Source of the DNA: a bacterium
GTDB taxonomy: Bacteria > SM23-31
NCBI GenBank assembly: GCA_965249485.1
Contig: OZ252239.1
Span: 2,144,001 to 2,208,000, forward strand
Length of the DNA: 64,000 nucleotides
Reading direction: 5' to 3'
The notes below the pieces were generated by a model. It was not told where the DNA came from, searched no databases, and was given only the letters and a program-made list of their open reading frames with translations. Positions 20,427 to 29,394 of this stretch are shown here, piece after piece (the stretch's first letter is position 1; each line of letters starts with the position of its first letter). The position numbers were made by a program, and so were the translations under genes.

Positions 20427-20957
20427 TTAATCACTTACTGCAAAAAAACATTCTTCCTCACAGAATTCGCAACCGGTCTCCGGGTTGCACTTGTAAATAA
20501 ACGAACCGTACTTTTCCCGAAATTTCTTTGAAGCTGGATCATTCGAGAGGAGAAATCCAATAAAACTGATTAGTTTTTCAGCAGTTTCTCTGTTAAATAA
20601 ATGTTCTGATTTACATGCTTCTTCCTCAGCAAGTTCTTCAGGAAGGTGGAGAACCTCATTGTAAAAAAGTTTTAAGGCCTTCCGTACACTTAAAATTTCT
20701 TTAAGTAGTTCATGAGCAGTAGATGAGAGTTCGAGAAACTTTTTGTTTTCTTTCTTGATGAGCCCTTTTTTCTCAAGCTTGTTGAGTGTGATCGAAGTAC
20801 TTCCCATACTGATATTCAAATAATTTGCTACATCGACACTTCTGGCATAACCCTGTGTCTTACGAAGGTCAAAAATTGCCATCAGGTGGTGAACACTGCT
20901 GTGTGTCAGTTCAACTTCTTCGAATTTTTTCCATATATCTTTATCGAGAGGGATCAT
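20427..20957 (-). CDS. DtxR/MntR family metal-dependent transcriptional regulator with Cys-rich tail
   Basis: HHLMAI..GYARSVDVANYLNIS winged HTH; AEEEACKSEH dimerisation/metal motif. Confidence 0.88.
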   Translation of the reverse strand: MIPLDKDIWKKFEEVELTHSSVHHLMAIFDLRKTQGYARSVDVANYLNISMGSTSITLNKLEKKGLIKKENKKFLELSSTAHELLKEILSVRKALKLFYNEVLHLPEELAEEEACKSEHLFNRETAEKLISFIGFLLSNDPASKKFREKYGSFIYKCNPETGCEFCEEECFFAVSD

Positions 20958-21257
20958 TGCGATTTATCTTTTAGATATTCGTTAAAAACATTTTATTGGC
21001 ACATCAAATAAATGTTAGCCATACAAAATCAATGTAACGAAACGAGTTTCGAGATGCAAACAAATTTTCTTAAATAGGTGTCTGATAGATAGTATCGTTA
21101 AAACATCTCAAAATATATGAAATTCCAAGGTATTAATAATTTGATTTTGATTGAAAAATTCTTATTTTAGTTTTTCAGGTAAGCTTGGTAAACGAATGAG
21201 TGGTTATTATTACCACTGAAAGCGTTACAAGAATCCCACTATATGAATAATAAAAAA

Positions 21258-21526
21258 GCTGTGCTAAATGGGGAGCTAGCGGTGCCCTGTAACCTGCAAT
21301 CCGCTTTAGCAGGATTGAATTCCCGACTGAGGCTATGATACCATGTTTGCATGGTTCTGTAAGCGGTTTTGATGGTGCGAGTCTTGCGTAGATAGGAATG
21401 TTGAACTCCGTCAGGACCGGAAGGGAGCAGCGGTAAGCATGATTCTATACTGCCGCGAGGGAGCTTGGCCGGAGCTGGCTGCAGCGCCGGCAATCATGTC
21501 TATCTGGTCAAAGAAGGGTGCGCAGC
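21258..21526 (+). ncRNA. ffs: Signal recognition particle RNA, large bacterial type
   Basis: Helix-8 motif TCAGGACCGGAAGGGAGCAGC; 5' Alu-like GGGGAGCTAGCGGTGCCCTGTAACCTGCAATCCGC; ends pair (GCTGTGC/GCGCAGC); directly upstream of dnaX. Confidence 0.93.
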
Positions 21527-21546
21527 TTAATTTTCCTTAGTGAACT

Positions 21547-23295
21547 ATGGCATATCAGGTTTTAGCACGAAAATGGCGACCACTTTCATTTGAGGATGTG
21601 GTCAATCAAGAACACGTCAAAACGACGCTCATCAATGCGATTCAGGCAAAACGAATTGCCCATTCCTATATATTTGCCGGCCCCCGCGGTGTTGGAAAAA
21701 CAACCATTGCTCGCATTCTCGCACGAGCTGTAAACTGCGAAAAAGGACCGACTCCTACGCCATGCAATACCTGTACTCCTTGTCAGGAGATCATCGAAGA
21801 CCGAAGTATGGATGTTATGGAAATTGACGGTGCATCCAATCGGGGTATCGAAGATGTTCGGAATATTAGAGAAAATGTCAAATATGCACCAGTTCATGGC
21901 AAATACAGGGTTTATATCATCGACGAAGTGCATATGTTAACGAGAGAGGCATTTAATGCACTCCTCAAAACACTCGAAGAGCCTCCTGAACATGTTATGT
22001 TCATTTTTGCTACAACTGAATTTCAAAAGATTCCCGCAACAATCATATCACGGTGTCAGCGGTTTGATTTCAAAAGAATAGCGATACAGGAAATGGTTTT
22101 ACAGCTTCATAAAATATGCAATGCAGAAAAGATATCTATCACCGAAGAAGCATTGATTTTTCTTTCCAAACGATCTGATGGCAGTATGCGTGATGCGGAG
22201 AGTTTGCTCGACCAACTCATCTCTTTCTGCGGTCAATCCATCAGTGCTGATGATGTGTTTGATGTGTTGGGTATGATTAGGGAAGACATCTACTTCTCCT
22301 GTTCCGAAGCAATGATCAATGGAAAGGTGTCAGAAGGATTTTCAATCGCCCGAAAAATTTTCGATGATGGTTTCGATCCGGGTGAGTTTGTTAACGGACT
22401 GCTTGAGCATTTTCGGAATATTCTCATAACAAATATTTCCGGGAATGCTGATATGGTCGATACGTCCGAACTTTTCAAGAAGAAATATCAAGAAGCAGCA
22501 CATAATATTTCAGACGCTGACATTTTAAGGGTTGTAAATATTATTGCCGAAGCGGAGTATACCATCAAGAAAAGTGCGCAACCATTACTGCGCCTTGAAG
22601 TGCTCCTTACCAAACTGATAACGCTTGACCGTTCAATAAGTATTCAACAGGTTTTAAATGCAATAGATAACGAGGGGAATGCAAAAGGAGTTGTAACTTC
22701 CAATCATAAAACCGTCAATGCTGACCGACAAAAATCTGAACATGAGCCGGAAAAATCAGAGATTGATCCCCCAACAAGAGATGAATCTGAAAAAAAAAAC
22801 GACAAACATGATCATGTTGAAACAATAACTCAGAAAGAGATAATAGCTGAAATTGAACCTGAAGAACAAAGTGGTTTTTCCGGTAATGGATCTCAACTGA
22901 ATCTCACAATTATAAAAGAGCGCTGGAGTGAATTTATTGATATGGCACTCAATGAAAGTGCCGTGACCGGATCGTATTTGAAAGAAGGTAATCCCTCAAG
23001 TTTTGAAGAGAATGTTATTCAAATATCATTTAGGCCTGAATATGAGTTTAATATCCACTCTCTCAAACGAAACCATACACGGGTTAATAAAATGTTTGAA
23101 AAAATGTTTGGTCCGGATATTGGATTCAACTGTGTAATAATTGAACTGACCGAAGAGGAGAAAAAGCAAAGTGCAAAAAGGTTGGTGCAAGTTTCAATGG
23201 AAGACAAAATTAAGAAAATTATCGAACGGGAACCAATAATACAGTCAATAATTGAACAATTTGGCGCAACTCCCGTAAGACTTGTACAGGAATAA
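21547..23295 (+). CDS. dnaX: DNA polymerase III subunit gamma/tau
   Basis: MAYQVLARKWRP, GPRGVGKTT, EIDGASNRG, IIDEVHML, SRC motif. Confidence 0.98.
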   Translation: MAYQVLARKWRPLSFEDVVNQEHVKTTLINAIQAKRIAHSYIFAGPRGVGKTTIARILARAVNCEKGPTPTPCNTCTPCQEIIEDRSMDVMEIDGASNRGIEDVRNIRENVKYAPVHGKYRVYIIDEVHMLTREAFNALLKTLEEPPEHVMFIFATTEFQKIPATIISRCQRFDFKRIAIQEMVLQLHKICNAEKISITEEALIFLSKRSDGSMRDAESLLDQLISFCGQSISADDVFDVLGMIREDIYFSCSEAMINGKVSEGFSIARKIFDDGFDPGEFVNGLLEHFRNILITNISGNADMVDTSELFKKKYQEAAHNISDADILRVVNIIAEAEYTIKKSAQPLLRLEVLLTKLITLDRSISIQQVLNAIDNEGNAKGVVTSNHKTVNADRQKSEHEPEKSEIDPPTRDESEKKNDKHDHVETITQKEIIAEIEPEEQSGFSGNGSQLNLTIIKERWSEFIDMALNESAVTGSYLKEGNPSSFEENVIQISFRPEYEFNIHSLKRNHTRVNKMFEKMFGPDIGFNCVIIELTEEEKKQSAKRLVQVSMEDKIKKIIEREPIIQSIIEQFGATPVRLVQE

Positions 23296-23379
23296 ATTAT
23301 AGACCTGATTACCGCACTTAATTTTCACTGGTCTTACGAATACATTAGAATTACTCAATAGCAGAATGAGAGGCATCAC

Positions 23380-23721
23380 ATGAAACCCAATATGTCAGCA
23401 CTGCTCAAACAAGCACAGAAAATGCAGGAGCAATTATCGAAAGCACAAGAGGAGTTAGATAGTCTTAAAGCTGAAGGAACGTCTGGCGGAGGAATGATTA
23501 AAGTAATTGCTAATGGCAAGCAGGAAATTGAATCGGTTAAAATTGATCCTGAAGTTATAGATGCTGAAGATCCGGAGATGCTCGAGGATCTGATAATGGC
23601 TGCAGTAAATCAAGCAATTGAAAAAGCCGGTGAAATGGCACGAGAACATATGAACAGCATGACAGGTGGGATGTTAGGTGGAATGCCTGACGGCATGAAA
23701 ATGCCCGGAATAAATATGTAG
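23380..23721 (+). CDS. ybaB: YbaB/EbfC nucleoid-associated protein
   Basis: LLKQAQKMQ, GTSGGGMIKV, EMLEDLIMAAVN; dnaX-ybaB-recR synteny. Confidence 0.95.
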   Translation: MKPNMSALLKQAQKMQEQLSKAQEELDSLKAEGTSGGGMIKVIANGKQEIESVKIDPEVIDAEDPEMLEDLIMAAVNQAIEKAGEMAREHMNSMTGGMLGGMPDGMKMPGINM

Positions 23722-23746
23722 GTGACTATTTGTATATATCAAAGAG

Positions 23747-23782
23747 GAGGTGTGATGTTCCGTGAATATCATGCCTCTTTTT
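23747..23782 (+). terminator. Terminator-like hairpin between ybaB and recR
   Basis: GAGGTGTGATGTTC-cgt-GAATATCATGCCTC-T5 (14-bp stem with three G-U pairs). Confidence 0.5.
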
Positions 23783-23812
23783 GGATAAAATTTTTTGAGA
23801 GAACTATACAGC

Positions 23813-24412
23813 ATGAACAGCTTGCCGAACAGTCTGGAAAGACTCATTAAAGAATTTACCCGTTTACCGGGAATCGGAAGAAAAACGGCACAGCGGCTCG
23901 CATTTAATATTCTGAAACGTCCGAGAGAGGAAGCAATTGTATTCGCAAAAGCTCTCGTTGAAGTTAAGGATTCAATTCAATTTTGCAGTGAATGCTTCAA
24001 TTTCTCCGAAAATGACCTTTGTCAGATTTGTTCAAATCCAGGCAGGGAAAGTTCGGTAATATGTGTAGTAGAACAGGCCAGCGATATTGCACTAATCGAA
24101 AAGCCGGGTCTATTTAAAGGAAAATACCATGTTCTTGGGGAACTGCTCTCGCCTTTAAACGGGATTGGCCCAGAAGATATACACGTCAAAGAGCTACTCC
24201 AGAGAGTCGGCAACAACGTATCTGAAATTATAATTGCCCTGAACACAAGTGTCGAGGGAGAAGCGACAACACTCTACATAACCAGGCTTCTCAGACCGGT
24301 AGGGATATATATTTCCCGGCTGGCTCAGGGACTCCCTGCGGGAAGTGAATTGGAATTTGCCGATGAGCTGACCCTTGCAAAGGCGCTCGAAGGCCGTGTA
24401 GAAATCTCCTGA
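23813..24412 (+). CDS. recR: Recombination mediator RecR
   Basis: LPGIGRKTAQRLAF, C4 zinc finger, Toprim region; ATG at 23813 chosen. Confidence 0.97.
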   Translation: MNSLPNSLERLIKEFTRLPGIGRKTAQRLAFNILKRPREEAIVFAKALVEVKDSIQFCSECFNFSENDLCQICSNPGRESSVICVVEQASDIALIEKPGLFKGKYHVLGELLSPLNGIGPEDIHVKELLQRVGNNVSEIIIALNTSVEGEATTLYITRLLRPVGIYISRLAQGLPAGSELEFADELTLAKALEGRVEIS

Positions 24413-24546
24413 GCTACCCTCGTAAAATCATCCCTCACAATACTATTTCAATCTCTATACACACCCGAACAGTCCCCGTAATTTATTGCTTATTGAATGT
24501 TAATTCTTTATATTAATTAATTTAAATGTTTTAGAAAACTGCGTAT

Positions 24547-26106
24547 ATGTACCAATTTAAAATACTCTGGGCAGATGATGAAATTGAGATGCTGAAACCT
24601 CATATCCTTTTTCTCAAGGAAAAAGGATATGAAGTGACATCGGTTAATAATGGAGACGATGCCGTTGAGGAAGCACGCAGCAATCTCTATGATCTCATTA
24701 TGCTCGATGAAATGATGCCCGGTAAAGATGGCCTTACTGCGCTTTCTGAAATTCGTGATTTCAATCCTTCTGTTCCCATTGTCATGGTGACAAAGAACGA
24801 AGAAGAACAGTTAATGGAAGATGCGATCGGGAAGAAAATCACCGACTATTTGACGAAACCGGTTAATCCGAGTCAGATACTATTGACGTTAAAAAAGATT
24901 TTTGACACAAAAAAGATTGCTCAAAACAGATTGTCCAGGCATTATACGCAGGAATTTGCCACAATATCCCAACAAATAAATGGAGAATTGACAGCAGAGG
25001 AATGGACAGACATTTATCTGAATATTACGGATTGGGAGATGGAACTCGAGCAATTTCCGGAACTTGGATTTCAGCAAACAGTCGATGCACTGCATAAAGA
25101 GTGCAACGTCAATTTTTCTCGATTTTACGAGAGATATTATCGCGAATGGATTCAGAGTGCTCAGCGGCCCTTTTTTTCAGTCGATGTTTTTCCTAATTGG
25201 GTATTTCCGCATCTGAAAGAGGGTAGAAAAGTTGTTTTTATCCTTCTTGACTGTTTAAGAGCTGATCAGTGGCTTGCTATGGAACCGTATCTTCTTGATT
25301 ATTTTAAAATTAAACGAGACTATTACTATTCTATTCTGCCGACTGCAACACCCTATTCACGAAATGGGATTTTCAGCGGCTATTTTCCTCGAGAGATCGA
25401 ACAGAAAATGCCCGATCTCTGGCAGAAAAACGAAGAAGATGAATTCAGCAGCAATCGATTTGAACATCAGTTCCTTGATGGGTTGATCAAGCGGAGCAAT
25501 ATTGGGAATACAATCTCAACACGCTATGTGAAAATCCTTGATGCGGCAGAGGCAAAATCAACTGAAAAACATCTCAATTCGTATATCCAGCACGATCTCT
25601 TTTGTATGGTCATCAATTTTGTCGATATACTCGCACACAAACGGAGTGAATCGGATATATTGAAAGAGCTTGCGCCAAATGAATCTGCCTACCGTTCGTT
25701 AATCAAGTCATGGTTTGAACATTCCAATTTATTATCAATGCTCAGGTCCCTTGCTTCGGAAGGCAACACCATTGTTTTGACTACCGATCATGGCTGTATT
25801 CGAGGTAAGCGCGCAACACAGATAATTGGTGATAAAGAAACTTCAACAAGCTTGCGGTATAAATTCGGGCGGAATTTAAAATGTAATCCGAAGCACGTCA
25901 TGCATATTAAAAATCCACCGGAGTATCAGTTGCCGCAGCGCGGTGTCAATACACATTACCTCATAGCAAAAGAGGACTATTATTTGATTTATCCGAAAAA
26001 TTATAATCAATACGCAGCAAAATATTACGATTGTTTTCATCATGGTGGAATATCGTTGGAGGAAGTCATTCTTCCTATTATTACTTTAGAAGGTCAGCAG
26101 CGGTGA
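24547..26106 (+). CDS. porX: Response regulator with PglZ/alkaline-phosphatase domain (PorX-like)
   Basis: ILWADDEI..LDEMMPG receiver domain; LDCLRADQW, SILPTATPYSRN, TTDHG, HGGISLEE; upstream of tsaE. Confidence 0.88.
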   Translation: MYQFKILWADDEIEMLKPHILFLKEKGYEVTSVNNGDDAVEEARSNLYDLIMLDEMMPGKDGLTALSEIRDFNPSVPIVMVTKNEEEQLMEDAIGKKITDYLTKPVNPSQILLTLKKIFDTKKIAQNRLSRHYTQEFATISQQINGELTAEEWTDIYLNITDWEMELEQFPELGFQQTVDALHKECNVNFSRFYERYYREWIQSAQRPFFSVDVFPNWVFPHLKEGRKVVFILLDCLRADQWLAMEPYLLDYFKIKRDYYYSILPTATPYSRNGIFSGYFPREIEQKMPDLWQKNEEDEFSSNRFEHQFLDGLIKRSNIGNTISTRYVKILDAAEAKSTEKHLNSYIQHDLFCMVINFVDILAHKRSESDILKELAPNESAYRSLIKSWFEHSNLLSMLRSLASEGNTIVLTTDHGCIRGKRATQIIGDKETSTSLRYKFGRNLKCNPKHVMHIKNPPEYQLPQRGVNTHYLIAKEDYYLIYPKNYNQYAAKYYDCFHHGGISLEEVILPIITLEGQQR

Positions 26107-26522
26107 AAGAGGTCTTATCAAAGAATCTGGACGATACTGCTCGTATAGCACGGGATATTGCTGGAACGATTCAAGGGGGAGATATTGTAGCTTTTAATGG
26201 TGAGCTTGGAGCAGGAAAAACAGCAATTATTAAAGAAATATGTAAAGCACTGGGTGTAAAGGATCTGGTGACCAGTCCCACATATACATTAATGAATATT
26301 TATTCAGGGAGTTTTCATGTTCTCCATATTGACTGTTACCGAATACGGTCTTCGGCTGAAGCTGAAATGCTGGGACTTGACGATTATTTTAATAAAGAAT
26401 ACGTGATTTTAATTGAGTGGGCTGAAAAGATTAAACCGATTTTACCGCCTGCAACAACGTATGTCAATATGTCACATATTTCCGATCAGCCAAAATGGCG
26501 GAAAATAGTTATAAGTGATTAA
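26103..26522 (+). CDS. tsaE: tRNA t6A biosynthesis ATPase TsaE
   Basis: GELGAGKT, SPTYTL, HIDCYR, IEWAE; GTG start overlaps the upstream stop (GTGA). Confidence 0.95.
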   Translation: MKEVLSKNLDDTARIARDIAGTIQGGDIVAFNGELGAGKTAIIKEICKALGVKDLVTSPTYTLMNIYSGSFHVLHIDCYRIRSSAEAEMLGLDDYFNKEYVILIEWAEKIKPILPPATTYVNMSHISDQPKWRKIVISD

Positions 26523-27208
26523 TGAATATACTTGGAATTGATACCTCAACATCTCTTTGTAGTGTCAGCATAACCGGCAGAGACATCGGAACAATTGAAA
26601 AATGCGAAGAACTGGAAAGAAACGTTAACGAAAAGATTTTCATTCACATTGCCGCTCTGTTTAAGGAAGCGGGTATAAAAGCTAAATCACTTGATGGAAT
26701 CGCCGTCAATAGAGGGCCGGGTTCTTTTATGGGTATGCGAGTCGGAATGAGCATAGCAAAAGGATTTGCTCATAGTTTATCGGTTCCGATTATCGGTATT
26801 ACGTCGTTTGAATTATTAGCATATAATGTAAATAAAGAGCAGTTTCCCGTATGTTGCGTTGTTCCAATTAAGAATGAAAAAGTGTCGTATGCGATTTTCT
26901 CCGATGCTGAATCAATTTCAAGTCATGAAGCGGGAGCACTTGGAACGTGGACCGATGTTGTTGATATGTGTGATGCGGCCAAGACACTTTGTGGGGATAT
27001 TCCTGAAGAATATCAGAAGAAGTTAAAGCATATCTGTTCATCAGAGTTGGACCTAATAGTAAGGAAGCAGAGTGCGCAAAGCATTGCTGAAGCCGGATTG
27101 AAAAAGCTGTCAAAGGGAATAAACGACGATCTTGAGATTCTTACTCCGATATATATGCAAGAAATATCGTTTCGCGCACAATCGGTAGTAAAAGGGCTAC
27201 AGCAATGA
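26522..27208 (+). CDS. tsaB: tRNA t6A biosynthesis protein TsaB
   Basis: MNILGIDTST, GPGSFMGMRVG, C-terminal PIY. Confidence 0.92.
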   Translation: MNILGIDTSTSLCSVSITGRDIGTIEKCEELERNVNEKIFIHIAALFKEAGIKAKSLDGIAVNRGPGSFMGMRVGMSIAKGFAHSLSVPIIGITSFELLAYNVNKEQFPVCCVVPIKNEKVSYAIFSDAESISSHEAGALGTWTDVVDMCDAAKTLCGDIPEEYQKKLKHICSSELDLIVRKQSAQSIAEAGLKKLSKGINDDLEILTPIYMQEISFRAQSVVKGLQQ

Positions 27209-27721
27209 TAGATTTAAATGCCGCCAAACACAATTCACTTGTCGGTAAATATTCAGCCGGTTTGAAATTAGACGATTCTTCGGTTCGTATGCGCATTATG
27301 TGTGCTGACGATGTAAAAGTTATTGCGGCATTAGAGCAAAAAGTGTTTTCATCACCATGGTCCTTGAAAAGTATACAATCATTTTTTGACTATTCCGGCA
27401 GAGGATTTGCGCATGTTTGTGAGAATGATTCTGCAGTGGTCGGATATGCGTTTAACGTGCTGGTTGCTGATGAACTTCACATTCTGAATGTTGCGGTGGA
27501 TGAGAAGTACCGTAGGCAGGGGTACGGTCAATATATTGTTGAGTTTATTGTAGAGAGTGCAAGAAGCAACGGTGCGATATACGCGTATCTCGAATTGCGG
27601 GAATCGAACGAAGCTGCCATAAATCTTTACAAGAAAATTGGAATTTTTCTTAATAGATGTGCGTAAAAATTATTATTCTGAAACGTCAGAGAATGCTCTC
27701 ATTATGATGAAAGTCTTATAA
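27205..27721 (+). pseudogene. rimI: RimI N-acetyltransferase with +1 frameshift near its C-terminus
   Basis: HILNVAVDEKYRRQGYG, LELRESNEAAINLY. Removing one base near 27643 restores GFFLIDVRKNYYSETSENALIMMKVL* ending at 27721. Confidence 0.8.
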
Positions 27722-27734
27722 ATGAGGAAATTAT

Positions 27735-28613
27735 ATGGCATGGTTTAAAAGAACAAAAGATGGGTTGTCGACTGACAAAAAAAAAGACATCCCAGAAGGA
27801 CTCTGGCTTAAATGCGATGGTTGCGGTGATATTATTTATAAGCCTGAAGTAGAGAAAAATATCGGCATCTGCACAAAATGTCAGTACCACTTTAAAATAT
27901 CCAGCATTGAATATATTAATTTTCTTCTCGATGAAGGGAGTTTTCAGGAGTTCGATTCGACGCTGAGAACAGCCGATCCTTTGAATTTTAAGGACAAAAA
28001 GAAGTACTCCGACCGGATTAAAGCGGCTAAAAAGTCGACCGGCCTTAATGAAGCCATACGCACAGGGTATGGTAGTATGAATGGCAATACGGTTATAGTG
28101 GGAGTGATGGATTTTGACTTTATCGGCGGAAGCATGGGATCTGTTGTCGGTGAAAAAATTAAACGCGCCATCGATAGAGCAATTGAAACAGGATTTCCCC
28201 TGATCATTGTGTCCGCCTCGGGTGGAGCACGGATGATGGAAGGAATTCTTTCTCTTATGCAAATGGCGAAGACAAGCTCACGCTTAGCACAGCTATCAAG
28301 CAAGAAAGGTTTGTATATATCAATTTTAACAAATCCCACAATGGCAGGTGTCATGGCAAGCTATGCAATGCTTGGAGATGTAATCATTGCAGAACCCGAT
28401 GCGCTTATCGGATTTGCAGGGCCACGGGTTATCAAGCAGACAATAGGTGAGGATCTACCAGAGGGATTCCAGCGCTCTGACTTTTTACAGGAGCGTGGTT
28501 TTATTGATATGGTTGTACCGCGTTCTAACATGCGAAACAGAGTATTGGAATTAATTGAGTTTTTTGAGAATGGAAGCAATGAAAACGAAACCAAGCATTC
28601 TATTAACGAATGA
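27735..28613 (+). CDS. accD: Acetyl-CoA carboxylase carboxyltransferase beta
   Basis: PEGLWLKCDGC zinc finger, GGSMGSVVGEK, SGGARMMEG, GFAGPRVIKQT. Confidence 0.97.
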   Translation: MAWFKRTKDGLSTDKKKDIPEGLWLKCDGCGDIIYKPEVEKNIGICTKCQYHFKISSIEYINFLLDEGSFQEFDSTLRTADPLNFKDKKKYSDRIKAAKKSTGLNEAIRTGYGSMNGNTVIVGVMDFDFIGGSMGSVVGEKIKRAIDRAIETGFPLIIVSASGGARMMEGILSLMQMAKTSSRLAQLSSKKGLYISILTNPTMAGVMASYAMLGDVIIAEPDALIGFAGPRVIKQTIGEDLPEGFQRSDFLQERGFIDMVVPRSNMRNRVLELIEFFENGSNENETKHSINE

Positions 28614-29355
28614 TGACGGAATACATGCGCCGGGATTGAAAGCCCTCTATGAGGCACTTGTAACTCTCGGTGATTGTACTGTAATTGCTCCCGATCAAGA
28701 ACGGAGTGGAACAGGTCATGCTATTACTTATAAATCGCCTATTCAAGTTCGTAAATCAGAAAATGATTTTAAAGGTAACGGTTGGGCAATATCTGGCACT
28801 CCTGCGGATTGTGTGAAATTTGGTGTAAAGAAAATATATGAACGCAAACCGGATTTACTGGTGTCAGGGATAAATCCGGGTCCCAATACAGCAATTGATG
28901 CGCTCTATTCGGGTACGGTAGCAGGTGCAGCCGAAGGAGGATTGATGAATATCCCTTCTTTTGCAATTTCGATAACCTCAACCGAATGTCAGGACTTTTC
29001 TGTTGCTGCCGAATATGCTGTAAGTTTAGCTGAAAAGCTTTTGGAAAATGGGCTGCCTGACTACACATTTCTGAATGTAAATGTGCCCAATTTGCCACGT
29101 GAGCAGATTGCAGGAATCAGAATTACGCGGCAAGCAAAAACTCGGTACAAAGAGTTTTATGAGCATCACAGTGGCAATTCAAATGGTACCTATTATTGGC
29201 TCCGCGGTGATAAAATAATATTAGAGGAATCCGAAGATTCGGATGAATCAGCTATTCAGAAAAACTATATTGCGATCACACCGCTCCAACATGATATGAC
29301 AGATTACAGTGCGCTGGAATTTCTCCGTTCCTGGGATTTTTCAGATAGAAAGTAA
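28579..29355 (+). CDS. surE: 5'/3'-nucleotidase SurE
   Basis: ILLTNDDGIHAPG, GTPADCV, SGINPGPN, YSGTV. Confidence 0.96.
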   Translation: MKTKPSILLTNDDGIHAPGLKALYEALVTLGDCTVIAPDQERSGTGHAITYKSPIQVRKSENDFKGNGWAISGTPADCVKFGVKKIYERKPDLLVSGINPGPNTAIDALYSGTVAGAAEGGLMNIPSFAISITSTECQDFSVAAEYAVSLAEKLLENGLPDYTFLNVNVPNLPREQIAGIRITRQAKTRYKEFYEHHSGNSNGTYYWLRGDKIILEESEDSDESAIQKNYIAITPLQHDMTDYSALEFLRSWDFSDRK

Positions 29356-29394
29356 TACTACACGTAACGTGGGAACTATTCAATTATTGATTTT

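Noticed and set aside
21239..21493. 84-aa minus-strand ORF
   Set aside because: Antisense shadow of the SRP RNA.
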